DNA from: an uncultured Gemmatimonadales bacterium
GTDB taxonomy: Bacteria > Gemmatimonadota > Gemmatimonadetes > Longimicrobiales > Gaopeijiaceae
Direction: 5' to 3'
NCBI GenBank assembly: GCA_963823035.1
Contig: CAWGKG010000012.1
Coordinates: 192,001 to 256,000, forward strand
Length of the DNA stretch: 64,000 nucleotides
A program made the position numbers and the translations under genes. Within the stretch, counting starts at the first letter, position 1. Each line of letters begins with the position of its first letter. The notes beneath the pieces were generated by a model. It had not been told where the DNA came from, made no database searches, and saw only the letters and a program-made list of their open reading frames with translations. Positions 38,004 through 52,922 of this stretch are shown here, piece after piece.

Positions 38004-40633
38004 ATGGGCGAGGGGACGGGCGGGCCCGGTGCGGACCGCGATGGGGCGCTGAAGCGTGAGCTCGACGCGGAGATCGAGTCGCACGTGGCGATGCGCACGG
38101 AGGAGCTCGTGGCCGCGGGGATGGACCCGGACGAAGCCCGCCGCGAAGCGCTCCGTCGCTTCGGCGACGTCGAAGAGGCACGGCGGGCCCTCCTGGCCAC
38201 CGCACGCAGGAGGGAGAGGCACCGCCGGTGGGCGGACCGCCTCGAGGGGCTCGGGCGGGACATCGTCCACGCCTTCCGCCGGATCCGGCGCGCGCCCGGC
38301 TTCTCCGCCCTCGCCGTAGGCATCTTCGCCCTGGGCATCGGGGCCACGACGACGATGTTCTCGGTGACCGACCACGTGCTCCTCCGGCCCCTCCCCTTTC
38401 CCCACCCGGAGGAGCTGGTCGCGCTCGGATCGCAGGCGGAGCACGGCGAGCCGTTCTACCAGGTGTCCATGGGCAACTGGGCGGACTGGCGCGAGAGTCC
38501 GACGCTGGCCTCCACGGGCCTCTTCGCCGCGACCGAGGTGACCGTGACCGGGGAAGGCGACGCCTTTCGTGCGCCGGCCGCGGAGGTGTCGGGGGCCTTC
38601 TTCGAGACGCTTCGGCCGCGCATGGCCGTGGGCCGCGCCCTCACGGAGGACGACGGCCAGCGCGGCGAGGACGTCGTGGTCGTCAGCGCGCGCCTCTGGC
38701 GCAGCGTACTGGGCGAGCCCGGGCTGGAGGGGCGCACGCTCGAGGTGGACGGCGCAGGCTGCGGGTGGTCGGCGTGGTCGCCGGGGGCTCCGCCCTCCCC
38801 GGAGCGGTGGACGTATGGGTCCCCCGACCCTGGCGACCCGGCATCGGCGGAATGCGCAACAACATCAACTGGCGGGCAGTGGCCCGGCTGGCCCCGGGTG
38901 TCACGATGGAAGGCGCGCGCCAGGAGCTGTCCGGCGTGGCCGCGCGGATCCGCGAGAGCGACCCGGAGGGGATCTACTCGTGGGGTGTCGGTGTCGAGCC
39001 TCTCCACGAGCTGGTGGCGGGCGACACGCGCGGGGTCCTGCGCATCCTGATGGCCTCGGTCCTCTTCGTGCTACTGGCGGCCTGCGCCAACCTGGCGGGG
39101 CTCGGCCTCGCGCGCGGCAGGCGGCGGGCGGGAGAGATGGCCACCCGGCTGGCGCTCGGCGCCCGCCGCGCACAGCTCCTCCGTCAGCTCCTGGTCGAAC
39201 AGCTCCTGCTGGCGCTCGTGGGCGGCGGGCTCGGACTCCTCCTGGCGTGGTGGGGCACGAGCTTCGTCTTCCGCGCCGCCGCCGATCTGGTTCCTCCGGG
39301 AACGCGGCTCGGCTTCGACCTCAGGATCGCGGGGTTCGGCGCGTGCGCCGCACTCCTCGCGGGCCTGCTGACCGCGATCGCGCCGGCGGTGCGGACGTCG
39401 CGTCTACGAGCGTCCGGGGCACGCGGGGGCGTCGGTGGGGGGAGGGGCCTGCCGGGCGCGATCATGGTGGGAGCCGAGGTCGCGCTGGCCGTGACGCTCC
39501 TGGTCGGCGGTGGCCTTCTGCTGCGCTCCTTCCTGGCCACCGCGTCCCGCGACCTCGGGTTCGATCCGGCGGGGGTCGTCACGGTGGACGTGGCGCTCTC
39601 CGGGCCGGAGTACGCCGACAGGGACAGGAGCCTCGCGTACTGGGAGGATCTCATGGAGCGGGAGCGGGCGGTCCCGGGCGTGGCGGCCGTGGCCGTCTCC
39701 AACGCCGTGCCGACGGAAGGCGGCGGGGTCAGCTTCATCGAGATCGAGGGAGACGACCGGCCCAACGAGGGCGCGGGCTACCGCGTCGTGAGCGACGATT
39801 TCTTCGGCGTGCTCGGCATCCCGCTGGGCGCCGGCCGCACCTTCGGAGACGGCGACGCCGCGGGCACCGAGCGGGTGGGGATCGTCAACGAGTCGTTCGC
39901 GCGCGCCTTCTGGCCCGGCGGCGAGGCACTCGGGAAGCGGTTCAAGGCGTCCAGCATGGAGGCCTGGTATTCGGGCGGCCAGGCGCCGTGGATCCGGATC
40001 GTCGGCGTGGTGGGCGACATCCGCCACTACGGATTCGAATCCGACCCGCGCCCGGACGTCTTCGTCCTCCACCGGCAGATGCCGGCCTACACACGCTCCA
40101 TGTCCGCGGTGGTGAAGCTGCGCCCGGGTGCCCCACCCGGCGCGGCCGAGGCGCTGCGCCGAGCCGCGCACGACGTCGATCCGGGCCTCGCCGTCCGCGT
40201 GCGCCCGCTCGCCGCGCGTGTTCGTGGTCTTCTCGCAGGGCGACGCCTCACGCTGTCGATCGTGGGCGCGTTCGCCACCGTGGGGGCGCTCCTGGTCTGC
40301 CTCGGCATCTACGGCCTGATCACCTTCGCGGTCCAGGAACGCACGCGTGAGATCGCCGTGCGTGCCGCGCTCGGGCTCGGGCGTAGCGGGATCCTGGCCC
40401 TCATGCTCGGGAGCGCGCTGCGCGTCACCCTGGTCGGTGCGGCGGCCGGCGTGCTCGCCGCGTTGAGCTTCAGCAGGATGTTGACGTCGCTCGTTGTCGA
40501 CGTCGGCACCACCGACCCGCTCACCTACGCCGTGGCGGCCGCGCTCCTGGTCGGGGTCGCGCTCCTGGCCGCACTGATCCCGGCGGTGCGCGCCACGCGC
40601 CTGGACCCCCTGGAGGCGCTGAACTCCGAGTAG
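38004..40633 (+). CDS. ADOP-type duplicated MacB/FtsX-like ABC permease; frameshift near 38755
   Basis: Permease prefix (EIESHVAMR..E...GM....ARREALRRFG), ALGIGATTTMFS, LL.ACANLAGL, RLALGA, GIYG, RTREI.VRAALG, P..RA...DP..AL. Confidence 0.92.
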
Positions 40634-40645
40634 GCCCCGGGACCG

Positions 40646-43525
<2,880 letters not shown>

Positions 43526-43616
43526 CTTCTTGGGTCTCACGAATGGAGAAAGGGCCGCGCCGCCGTGTGGCGAGGACGCGGCCCTGTACCTTCTGCCATG
43601 CCGGCGGTTCCGGCGG

Positions 43617-44006
43617 CTATTCGCCCACGTGCGCCGCGTAGGCTGCGGCGTCCATCAGCCCCGAGATCTCGCCGGGGTCGGCCACCTTGAGCTTGATCAT
43701 CCAGCCGGCCCCGTAGGGATCGGTGTTGACCAGCGAAGGGTCGTCGTCCAGCGCCGCGTTGGCCTCCACGACCTTCCCGGCCACGGGGCAATACAGGTCG
43801 CTGACCGCCTTCACGGCCTCGATCGTACCGAAGGGGTCCATCTTCCCGAAGGAGCCGCCGGTGTCGGGCAGCTCGACGAAGACCACGTCCCCGAGCTCGC
43901 CCTGCGCGTAGTCGGTGACGCCGACGACGTAGACGTCGTCCTTGTCGGTGGCCTTCAGGTACTCGTGCTCTTCCGTATAGAGGAGATCGGCCGGAATGTC
44001 GGACAT
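43617..44006 (-). CDS. gcvH: Glycine cleavage system H protein
   Basis: [27 protein letters not shown] (lipoyl-Lys), VNTDPYG.GW. Confidence 0.97.
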   Translation of the reverse strand: MSDIPADLLYTEEHEYLKATDKDDVYVVGVTDYAQGELGDVVFVELPDTGGSFGKMDPFGTIEAVKAVSDLYCPVAGKVVEANAALDDDPSLVNTDPYGAGWMIKLKVADPGEISGLMDAAAYAAHVGE

Positions 44007-44170
44007 GTGTTCTTCTCCGGGCCAGAGCCGGGTGCGGGGGCATGCAGGCCGACCGACCCACCTCGGCAACCTGCTCGGGCCCTGACGATGACTGGGTTTT
44101 GAGCGGGCGTCAACCCTCGTAGTTTGGGCCTTCCGTCGTCCGTTTCCGCCCCCGCCGGGGAGCCCGCCCC

Positions 44171-45119
44171 ATGCACCGCTCGCAGCGCCTGGACGCGCTC
44201 GTCACCCCCCTGCGCGACGACGTGGTCTCGGGCGCCACGCGGCTGGCGCACCGGGCCGCGAGCGTCCTTCAGGAGGTGGCCGGGTGGCACGGCCCGGATT
44301 CGCCGGCCGAGCTCCGGGAGCTCCTCGCCGAGACGGGCATCCGCCTGATCGAGGCGCAGCCGGCCATGGCCCCCCTGGTCACGCTCGCCGCCCACGTCCT
44401 GAACGCCCTGGACGGGGTGGAGGGGCTCGAGGGTGCCCGCGGAGCGGCGCGTCGGGCGGCCCGCGCGTTCGGGACCTCCCTCGACACCCACGGGGAGGCC
44501 CTGGCCCGCGGGGCGGCCGAGCTCCTCCCCGAAGAGGGCGACATCCTGACGCTCTCCTCCTCGTCGGCGGTGCGAAACGTCCTCCTCCGGGAACCGCGCG
44601 CATGGAGTGGACGCGTGGTGGTGCTGGAGAGCCGCCCGGCCGGGGAGGGGCAGGCCACGGCGCGTGCGCTCGCGGAGGCGGGGATCCACGTCCTCTTCGC
44701 CGTGGACGCGGCCGCCGCCACGCTCGCGGAGGGATGCGCGCTGGTCCTGCTCGGCGCGGACTCGATCGGCGACCGGGGGGTGGTCAACAAGATGGGCAGC
44801 CTGGCCGCCGTGCTGGGCGCCCTGCGCGCAGACGTCCCGGTGCTGGTGGCAGCCGACAGCCACGAAGATCCTCCCGCCGGGCTTTCCACAACGCCTCTCC
44901 GACGACCGTCCGGGCGACGAGGTGTGGTTGGCGCCCGACGGCGTGACGGTCTGGAACCGCTACTTCGAGGCCCTGCCCCTCGCCGCCGTCGACGTCGTGG
45001 TCACCGAGGTGGACGCCTTCCGCCCCGACGAGGTCGAAGCCTGGCGGCGAGCCCTGGACGTGCCCGCGGAGCTTGCGGCCTGGGCCCGGCGTCGCGCGGA
45101 GTGTCCGGGGCGTCACTAG
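44171..45119 (+). CDS. eIF-2B alpha/ribose-1,5-bisphosphate isomerase-like protein; frameshift near 44861
   Basis: AQPAMAPL, ILTLSSS, VLESRP..EG, LLGADSI, NKMGS; then KIL...VWNRYFEALP...VVTE in the next frame. Confidence 0.85.
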
Positions 45120-45263
45120 CAGCCCGAGGAGACTCCGCCGCGAGGCCAAAGCCCCTCGACAGGCGCACGCGTTGTACATTTCCAGGGCGTCGATGAAACG
45201 GCGCTTCGCACCGGGGGTACCGCCGCCCCCGGAGTCGAGTGAACGCTCCAACCGCCCGTGCCC

Positions 45264-46430
45264 ATGTCGACCGTTCTCATCGAAGCACGCCCGGCCCTGA
45301 CCACGCTCACCGACCAGGAGCGGATGTTCCAGGAGGCCGTGCGCGACTTCGCGACCTCCGAAGTGGCGCCTCGCGTGATGGAGATGGACCGGACCCAGCA
45401 GATGGATGCCGGGATCGTCCGGCAGCTCTTCGAGCTGGGTCTCATGGGCGTGGAGATCCCCGAGGCGCATGGCGGCACGGGCGCGGACTTCTTCACGTCG
45501 GTGCTGGTCGTGGAGGAGCTGTCCAAGGTCGACCCCTCCATCGGCGTCCTCGTCGACGTGCAGAACACGCTCGTGATCAACGCGGTCCTGCGCTGGGCCT
45601 CGGACGACCTGAAGGCACGCTACTTCCCGCGCCTGGCGGCGGACACCGTGGGCGCCTACGCGCTCTCGGAGGCCGGCAGCGGGTCGGACGCCTTCGCGCT
45701 CTCGTGCCGGGCCACGCAGGACGGTGACGGCTGGCGCCTGAGCGGCCGGAAGATGTGGATCACGAACGGGAAGGAGGCCGGCATCTACATCGTGTTCGCC
45801 TCCGTGGATCCCGACGCCGGATACAAGGGGATCACGGCCTTCGTGGTGGAGCGCGACTTCGAGGGCTTCGAGGTCGGCAAGAAGGAGGACAAGCTCGGCA
45901 TCCGGGCCTCGTCGACCACCGAGCTGCTGCTCGACGGCGTGTTCGTTCCGGCCGGCAACGTGCTCGGGGAGGTGGGGAAGGGATACAAGGTCGCGATCGA
46001 GACGCTGAACGAGGGGCGCATCGGCATCGGCGCGCAGATGATCGGCCTCGCCCAGGGCGCGCTCGACCACACCGTGCGCTACGTGCAGGAGCGGGAGCAG
46101 TTCGGGCGCGCGATCTCGTCCTTCCAGGGGGTGCAATTCCAGCTCGCCGAGATGGCCACGGAGATCGAGGCCGCCCGCCTGCTGGTCTACAACGCCGCCA
46201 GGCTCAAGGACGCCGGTCAGCCCTTCCTCGCCCAGGCCGCGATGGCCAAGCTCTACAGCTCCGAGATGGCCCAGCGCGTCTCCTCGCGGTGCATCGACCT
46301 CTTCGGGGGGTACGGCTTCACCAAGGAGTATCCCGTGGAGAAGCTCTATCGCGACGCGAAGATCGGCACCATCTATGAGGGCACGTCGAACATGCAGAAG
46401 CAGACCATCGCCAAGATGCTGGTGAAGTGA
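45264..46430 (+). CDS. Acyl-CoA dehydrogenase (short/branched-chain type)
   Basis: [62 protein letters not shown]. Confidence 0.96.
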   Translation: MSTVLIEARPALTTLTDQERMFQEAVRDFATSEVAPRVMEMDRTQQMDAGIVRQLFELGLMGVEIPEAHGGTGADFFTSVLVVEELSKVDPSIGVLVDVQNTLVINAVLRWASDDLKARYFPRLAADTVGAYALSEAGSGSDAFALSCRATQDGDGWRLSGRKMWITNGKEAGIYIVFASVDPDAGYKGITAFVVERDFEGFEVGKKEDKLGIRASSTTELLLDGVFVPAGNVLGEVGKGYKVAIETLNEGRIGIGAQMIGLAQGALDHTVRYVQEREQFGRAISSFQGVQFQLAEMATEIEAARLLVYNAARLKDAGQPFLAQAAMAKLYSSEMAQRVSSRCIDLFGGYGFTKEYPVEKLYRDAKIGTIYEGTSNMQKQTIAKMLVK

Positions 46431-46467
46431 AGCGTCCAGCCGCGCACCCCGCTCCGGGAGCCCCATC

Positions 46468-46659
46468 GTGCTGACCCTCCTCCCCTCGCTCGCCCTGTTC
46501 ACGTTCGGGATCGGGGAGATGATCCTGGTGCTCGCGGTGATCATGCTCCTCTTCGGCGCGAAGAAGCTCCCCGATCTCGCCAGGGGTCTCGGCCAGGGCA
46601 TCCGGAACTTCAAGGGCGAGCTCAAGCCCCCGGACGACGACTCCGACAAGCCCGAGTGA
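46468..46659 (+). CDS. tatA: Twin-arginine translocase TatA/E subunit
   Basis: [31 protein letters not shown]. Confidence 0.93.
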   Translation: MLTLLPSLALFTFGIGEMILVLAVIMLLFGAKKLPDLARGLGQGIRNFKGELKPPDDDSDKPE

Positions 46660-47450
46660 ACGACGCGCTGTCACGGGTGGTCGTCGTCCTCGACCACCCG
46701 AAGGACGTGGTGAACATCGCCGGCGTCATCCGTGTGATGATGAACTTCGGCCTCCCGTCCCTTCGCCTGGTCGAGCCCGACGAGTTCGACGCGTACCGCA
46801 TCGAGGGGATCGCGCACCGCAGCCGAGCCCTCATCGAGGCCACCACGCTGCACCGGACCCTCGAGGACGCGATCGCGGACTGCACCTGGGTGGTGGGCAC
46901 CACCGCGCGCGCCCGCACGGCGGGCCGCAACTACACCCGCCCGGGTGACGTCTCCGAGGAGCTCATCGAGAAGGCCACCGAGGGCCGCGTCGCGATCCTG
47001 TTCGGGCGCGAGGACCGGGGCCTCACGAACGAGGGACTCGACCTCTGTCACGCGGTGGTCATCATCCCCACGGATGCCGAGTTCTCCTCGTTGAACCTCG
47101 CCCAGGCCTGTCTGGTCATGGCGTACGAGACCTTCCTCGCGGCGGAGTCGGCTCCCGCGAAGCTGCCCCGGGGCCGTCGCGCCACCCGCCCACCCACCAC
47201 CGAGGAGCTCGAGCAGACCTACCAGGCGCTCGAAGACGGCCTCGCGGCCATCGAGTTCTACAAGGCGCGCAAGCCGGCCGCCGTGATGCGTACGCTGCGC
47301 ACGCTGATCGCGCGGGCAGAGCCCGATCTGAGGGATGCGCGCCTGCTCGCCGCGGTCGGCTTCGAGGTCGGACACTTCGTGGAGCGCCTCCGCAACGCGT
47401 CGGGGCCCGAGGCGGAGCGAGGTGCCGGGGAGTCGGACGCCGGGGGTTGA
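46656..47450 (+). CDS. SPOUT RNA methyltransferase (TrmJ/LasT family)
   Basis: VVL..P...[38 protein letters not shown]. Confidence 0.92.
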   Translation: MNDALSRVVVVLDHPKDVVNIAGVIRVMMNFGLPSLRLVEPDEFDAYRIEGIAHRSRALIEATTLHRTLEDAIADCTWVVGTTARARTAGRNYTRPGDVSEELIEKATEGRVAILFGREDRGLTNEGLDLCHAVVIIPTDAEFSSLNLAQACLVMAYETFLAAESAPAKLPRGRRATRPPTTEELEQTYQALEDGLAAIEFYKARKPAAVMRTLRTLIARAEPDLRDARLLAAVGFEVGHFVERLRNASGPEAERGAGESDAGG

Positions 47451-47591
47451 GGCGCCCGACGGGAGAGCCCGCCGGCGGGCACGCGGCGGCTTCTTTGGTT
47501 GTTCGCGCCTCGGGCGGCCCGTATCTTGGGGAGACTGGAACATCTGGATTCGCCGCCCGCCTCGGTGGCTGCCCCGGTTGAGCTTTCATCC

Positions 47592-49112
47592 ATGCCCACA
47601 CCCGATGCGCCCTCTGCGCGTTCGAGCGTCGGGGACCGCTACCGGGTCCTCCTCGACATCGGACGTACGCTCGCGGGGACCCTGAGCTCGGAAGACCTCT
47701 ACGCGGCGATCCATCACGAGACGGCTCGCGTGCTGGAGACCGCGGGTTTCTACGTGTCCCTGTACGATCAGGCGCGCGACCTCGCCACCATCGTGTACTT
47801 CGCCGACCGCAGCGAGGTGCAGCGGGCGGCGATCACGTATCGGGGCTCCGACAGCGAGGTCATCCGCTCGCGGCGTCCCGTGCTGGTGCGCGACCGCCTG
47901 GACGATCGCTCGCTCCTCCACCTCGGTGAGGACGAAACCGAGATCACCAGCTCGGCGATCTCGGCGCCCATGATCCACAAGGGCCGCCTTCTCGGGGCGA
48001 TCAGCGCGCAGAGCTTCGAGGCGAACGCATACACCGAGGCGGACATCGAACTGATGCAGGGCATCGCGGATATCGCGGCCGTGGCCGTCGACAACGCGCT
48101 GCACGTCTCGGAGCTCGAGCGACGCCGCCTGGAGGCCGAGCAGATCGAGGAGATCGGGCGCGTGCTCGCGAGCTCGTTGAACCCCTCCGAGGTCCTGGGG
48201 AAGGTCATCTCGGCCGTGAACGACGTGCTCACCGTGGACGGCGCGGCCGTCTGGTTGAGCGACGGCCCGGCCAGCATCGTGATGCGCGTCTCCCAATCGG
48301 GCGGGAAGATCGTGCTTCCCGTGGGGCTGGCCTGGGAGCTCACCGGCGCCCTCGGGGAGCAGCTCCTGGTGGAGCGGAAGCCGTTCGTGGTCGACGACCT
48401 TTCCAGCAACGCCAACGTGCCCGCGCAGCTGCGCGAGCACCTGAAATCCGGCTCCGGCATGGGCGTGCCCCTCGTGGTCGGTGGCCAGGTGAGCGGGGTA
48501 CTGACGGCGGGGAGCAGGAAGCCGCGTCATTTCGCGATGGACGACACGGCCGCGCTGCAGCGGCTGGCGAGCCAGGCGTCCGTGGCGATGGAGAACGCGC
48601 GACTGCACGCCAATCTGCAGGCGCTGTCGCTCACCGACCCCCTCACGGGTCTGCCCAACCGCCGCCGCCTCCAGATCCACCTGGACAAGGAGGTCGCTGC
48701 CGCCCGGCGCGGAAGGCCCATGGTGGTCGTGCTCTTCGACATGAACGACTTCAAGCTGTTCAACGACACCCTGGGCCACGTCGCGGGCGACGACATCCTT
48801 CGCTCCTTCGCGCAGATCCTCGACGAGGAGAACCGCGCGATGAACCTCGTGGCGCGCTACGGCGGCGACGAGTTCGTCTCCATCCTCTCCGATTCCGACA
48901 TGGAGGGGGCGCAACAGTACATCCAGCGCGTGAGCGACCGCGTGGCCAAGGACCCGATCATGGCCCCCAGGGGCGTCACGGTGAGTACGGGCGTCGCCGA
49001 GTTCGACCGCCAGTACATGTCCACCATGGACGACGTGATCCACGCCGCCGACGCCGACATGTACCGCGCCAAGAGCCAGCACAACACCGATCGTCAGGAG
49101 GCGTCCCCCTGA
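47592..49112 (+). CDS. Diguanylate cyclase with tandem GAF domains
   Basis: Two GAF-like segments; DPLTGLPNRR, FK.FNDTLGH..GD, ARYGGDEF, AD..MY.AK. Confidence 0.93.
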   Translation: MPTPDAPSARSSVGDRYRVLLDIGRTLAGTLSSEDLYAAIHHETARVLETAGFYVSLYDQARDLATIVYFADRSEVQRAAITYRGSDSEVIRSRRPVLVRDRLDDRSLLHLGEDETEITSSAISAPMIHKGRLLGAISAQSFEANAYTEADIELMQGIADIAAVAVDNALHVSELERRRLEAEQIEEIGRVLASSLNPSEVLGKVISAVNDVLTVDGAAVWLSDGPASIVMRVSQSGGKIVLPVGLAWELTGALGEQLLVERKPFVVDDLSSNANVPAQLREHLKSGSGMGVPLVVGGQVSGVLTAGSRKPRHFAMDDTAALQRLASQASVAMENARLHANLQALSLTDPLTGLPNRRRLQIHLDKEVAAARRGRPMVVVLFDMNDFKLFNDTLGHVAGDDILRSFAQILDEENRAMNLVARYGGDEFVSILSDSDMEGAQQYIQRVSDRVAKDPIMAPRGVTVSTGVAEFDRQYMSTMDDVIHAADADMYRAKSQHNTDRQEASP

Positions 49113-49131
49113 ACGCTCCGCTTCCCGACGC

Positions 49132-49923
49132 ATGAGCGCCCCCGTGGCACCCGACGAGATCCGCGGGCTCCTCGAGCTCGCGGTCGCCCTGGCGCGCCGT
49201 GCGGGTGACCTCACCCTCCGCTACTACGGGCACCTGGTGGCCTCGGACGCAAAGGGCGACGGCAGCCCGGTGACGATCGCGGACCGCGAGGCGGAGCTGC
49301 TCATCCGGAGCGGGATCGCCGAGCGCCACCCCGACCACGGCGTGCTCGGCGAGGAGTTCGGGGAAGACGATGCGGGCGCGCGCGTCCGCTGGATCCTCGA
49401 CCCCATCGACGCGACGCGCTCGTTCATGCGCGGCGTGCCGCTCTACGGGGTGCTCATCGGCATCGAGGTGGAGGGGGCGCCCGTGGTCGGCGTCGCGCAC
49501 TTCCCCCCGCTCGGCGAGACGGTGGCGGCGGGGCGGGGTCTGGGCTGCACGTGGAACGGCGAACCGTGCCGCGTATCGGACGTGGCGCGCATCGAGGACG
49601 CGCTGGTGCTCACGACCGACGTGGAGCGCGTCCTGTCGAGCACGGAGGACCCGGGGTGGCGCCGCCTCCAGCGGCGCGCCGCGTTCTCCCGCACCTGGGG
49701 TGACTGCTACGGCCACGCCCTGGTGGCGACGGGACGCGCCGAAGTCATGGTGGATCCGGTCATGAAGCCGTGGGACGCCGGCCCGTTCCTGACGATCGCC
49801 ACCGAGTCCGGGGGCCGCTTCACCACCCGCGGGGGCGAGGCCACCATCCACGGCGGGTCGGGCATCAGCACGAACGGTACCCTGCATGCCGAGGTGCTCC
49901 GCGAGTTGACGAGCGTCGGCTGA
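49132..49923 (+). CDS. Inositol monophosphatase family, histidinol-phosphatase HisN-like
   Basis: SPVTIADREAE, GEE, WILDPIDAT.SF.RG.P, RTWGDCYG, WD. Confidence 0.88.
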   Translation: MSAPVAPDEIRGLLELAVALARRAGDLTLRYYGHLVASDAKGDGSPVTIADREAELLIRSGIAERHPDHGVLGEEFGEDDAGARVRWILDPIDATRSFMRGVPLYGVLIGIEVEGAPVVGVAHFPPLGETVAAGRGLGCTWNGEPCRVSDVARIEDALVLTTDVERVLSSTEDPGWRRLQRRAAFSRTWGDCYGHALVATGRAEVMVDPVMKPWDAGPFLTIATESGGRFTTRGGEATIHGGSGISTNGTLHAEVLRELTSVG

Positions 49924-49926
49924 GGG

Positions 49927-51142
49927 TCACCCTCCCTTCTCGATCGCGTACGCCCGCACGGACTCCACGTCGAGCTCGTCCTTGTAGACGCCCCAGACGC
50001 GTCGATCCTCGACAGCGTGCGGCTGGAAGCCCTCCGGGGTGCGGAGCGTGGCCACGACCGCGCCGTCCCCGTCGAAGACGAGCCAGGTGCGCGCCGGCAT
50101 TCGTGCCTGGCCCATGACCGCCGGCTGTCCGGGGTAGGAGCCGACCCACACGGCGCCGTGCTCGCCGCCGACCAACTCGCCGTACGCCGGAAGCCGCTCG
50201 GCCATCGGCAGAGCCTCCATCATCGATCGGAGGTGGTCGCGCGCCGCCTCGGGGGCGGCCGCGATCCCCTCCTCGATCCAAGCGGTGTAGTCGGAGAGAA
50301 GGGGCCCTTCGACGCTCCGGTCCCCTTCCGGCCACCGCACGATGCGGCGGAGCGCTCCGTCCAGCCCGTACAAGCGCAGCTCGGTCTCGTCCTGAGTGCC
50401 CACGACCAGCCGTTCAACGGAGATGGCCGCGCAAGTGTGCGCCCCGAAAACCACCAGGCCCATCGCCCTCTCGTTCGCGAACATCTCGTCCCCCGGGAAA
50501 GGTCCGAGCGTTCCTCGGTCCACTCCTTCGGGATCCACGACGTGGGACTCGGCCTCGAGGCGGTAGCGACCTCGCTCGGCTCCGAGGTTCGCCACCGTGA
50601 ACGCCACGAGCCGCCCCGACACCGGGAGCATCCGCGTCCATCCGTCCGTGGTCGGGGGCGACGATCCGACTCAAGTCGACCTCGCGCTCGAAGCCGTGCC
50701 CCAGGCTGAAGATCGACATCCGAAGTCGCTCCGCGTCCCACACCGCCACCGAGTCCACACCCAGGGGCACGACCGAAGCCACCGTCGCGAACTCGCCCGG
50801 ACCCTCGCCCTCCCCACCGAGCACCGCAACCAGGGCGCCGTCGCCTCCGAAGACGAGGACCTGCTGGGGGTTCCCGTTTGCGACCGCGACCCGGCCGCCT
50901 TCCAGTGGGACGACGTCGCCGACCCGGAAGAGGGCCGCGCCCGGACCCTCGCCGACCTTCGCCACCGGCCCGGAGAGCGACCAGCGGGCCGCATCGGCGA
51001 TCGCACCCGGGCTGTTGGTCACGATCGTGACGCCGGCGCTGTCGGCCACCGTGACCCCGGCGGGCCCGGCGGCACCGTCGCCGCAAGCCGTGCCCAACTG
51101 CAGGGCTGCGCCCAGGGCGAGGGCGCGAAGGGTCGCACGCAT
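49927..51142 (-). CDS. Beta-propeller lipoprotein (NHL-like); frameshift near 50655
   Basis: Lipobox LGTAC, DSAGVTIVTN, GGEGEGPGEF, C-terminal DELDVESV..Y. An extra base in a G/C homopolymer separates the two halves. Confidence 0.8.
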
Positions 51143-51235
51143 CGGGTCTCCTCGGTTTCTCGTGAGTGGGCATCGAGACCATACGGTCCCTCACCCGATC
51201 TCGCCACGAAAGCTTTCGTAGCACCCCGCGCCCTC

Positions 51236-51264
51236 TTGCCGTCGGACGGCCGCCCCTGTACTAC
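51236..51264 (+). promoter_or_regulatory. Putative sigma70 promoter TTGCCG-N17-TACTAC
   Basis: Consensus-like hexamers with a 17-nt spacer ~50 bp upstream of the transporter gene. Confidence 0.4.
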
Positions 51265-51311
51265 CGGTGGACTCTTTTGCTCCCCCCTGGCAAGGACACG
51301 CGGGACCCCTC

Positions 51312-52883
51312 GTGAACGCTCTCCCGATCCTCCCGGACGTGCTGGCCTCCCTGGCCGCCGCACCCGCCACCCTGCTCCAGGAGGGCCCGACCGGCCCGAT
51401 CAGCACCACCGACCCGATCTCCCAGGGCATCGTCGCCCTCGTGATCGTCGCCCTGTTCACCATGCTCGCCCGCGAGGCCGCGCACCGCGTCCTGATCGCG
51501 ATGGTCTGCTCCGCCGTGGTCTGGCTGGTCACGTACCTGACGCCCTGGCACCTGATCAGCTTCGACGGGGCCGTGCGCGCGCTCGACATGAACGTCCTGA
51601 TGTTGTTGGCCGGCATGATGGCGGTGGTCGGCGTGCTCAAGTCCACGGGCGCCTTCGAGTGGGCCGTGGCCCGCCTCCTCGTACAGGCGCGCGGGCGGCC
51701 GCGCTTCGCCGCCCGACTCATCACCTGGTTCACGGCCATCACGTCCGCCTTCCTGGACAACGTGACCACCGTGATCTTCGTCACCCCGATGGCCGTGGGG
51801 CTGTCACGCAAGATGCGCCTGTCGCCCGTGGCGCTCCTCCTCCCCATGGTCGCGGCCTCGAACATCGGTGGCACGGCCACGCTCATCGGCGACCCGCCCA
51901 ACGTCATGATCGGCTCGGGAGCGCACCTGAGCTTCCTCGACTTCATCGTGAACCTCACCCCGCCGGTGGTCGTGATGATGGTCGTGATGCAGCTCTGGAT
52001 CTCCTGGTACTTCCGCGAGGAGTACGCCGAGGCTGCCGCCAAGCCCATCCCCGACGAGCCCGACGAGGAGGTGCGGCTCGCCGACCCGGCCCTCTTCCGG
52101 TGGATGATGGCGATCTGCGCCGGCATCCTCGTCGGCTTCCTCACGCACTCGCTCACCGAGACGCCGGTGGCCGTACCGGCGGTGATCGGCGCGGCGTGCG
52201 CGCTGCTCGTGCAGGACCTGATGTACATCCGGACGAACCACCCCACGGCGCACGAGCGGGCGCACGGCGTGCTCGAGGTCATCGAGAAGGACATCGAATG
52301 GCCCACGCTGTCCTTCTTCGTCTTCCTCTTCATCATCGTGGGCGCGGCGGTGGAGACGGGCCTCATCGACTCGATCGCGCGAGGGATGGCCTGGAGCATC
52401 TCCACCGTGCACGGGCGGCTCGGGCTGACGGACGAGGGAACGCTGGCGTTCGCGGCCATCTTCATCTGCTGGCTCTCGGCGGTCCTGTCGGCGTTCGTCG
52501 ACAACATTCCCTACGTCGCGGTGAGCATCCCCATCATCCACCAGCTCATCCCGAGCCTGTCGGGGGACACCAGCGTGCTCTGGTGGGCGCTGGCGCTCGG
52601 CGCGTGCCTCGGCGGCAACGCGACCGTGGTGGGTGCCTCGGCGAACGTCACCACGGTGGGTCTCGCCGAGAAGGACGGTGTGCGGATCGGCTTCCGCGAG
52701 TACAGCCGGTTCGCGGCGCCGATCGCGACGCTCACGATCGTGATCTCGTCGCTCTGGCTGGCCGCCTTCGTCTACATGGGTGAGGACCCGGTCCGCGTCG
52801 CGACCTGGGCGCTCGCCGCCGTCCTCGTCGCCCTGGAGGTGGCGTTCGGCTGGCGGCGGAAGCCCGGCGCCGCGCACGCCTGA
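51312..52883 (+). CDS. ArsB/NhaD (IT superfamily) ion transporter
   Basis: SAFLDNVTT, ASNIGGTATLIGDPPN, IEWPTL.FF, SAFVDNIP, WALALGACLGGNAT..GASAN. Confidence 0.93.
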   Translation: MNALPILPDVLASLAAAPATLLQEGPTGPISTTDPISQGIVALVIVALFTMLAREAAHRVLIAMVCSAVVWLVTYLTPWHLISFDGAVRALDMNVLMLLAGMMAVVGVLKSTGAFEWAVARLLVQARGRPRFAARLITWFTAITSAFLDNVTTVIFVTPMAVGLSRKMRLSPVALLLPMVAASNIGGTATLIGDPPNVMIGSGAHLSFLDFIVNLTPPVVVMMVVMQLWISWYFREEYAEAAAKPIPDEPDEEVRLADPALFRWMMAICAGILVGFLTHSLTETPVAVPAVIGAACALLVQDLMYIRTNHPTAHERAHGVLEVIEKDIEWPTLSFFVFLFIIVGAAVETGLIDSIARGMAWSISTVHGRLGLTDEGTLAFAAIFICWLSAVLSAFVDNIPYVAVSIPIIHQLIPSLSGDTSVLWWALALGACLGGNATVVGASANVTTVGLAEKDGVRIGFREYSRFAAPIATLTIVISSLWLAAFVYMGEDPVRVATWALAAVLVALEVAFGWRRKPGAAHA

Positions 52884-52922
52884 GCACGCGTCACCCGCGA
52901 AGGAGACGGCCGCGGCGGGGTG

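Noticed and set aside
44007..44170. Glycine riboswitch upstream of gcvH
   Set aside because: The conserved GGAGA...CCGAAG...CUCUCAGG elements are not seen on the minus strand.
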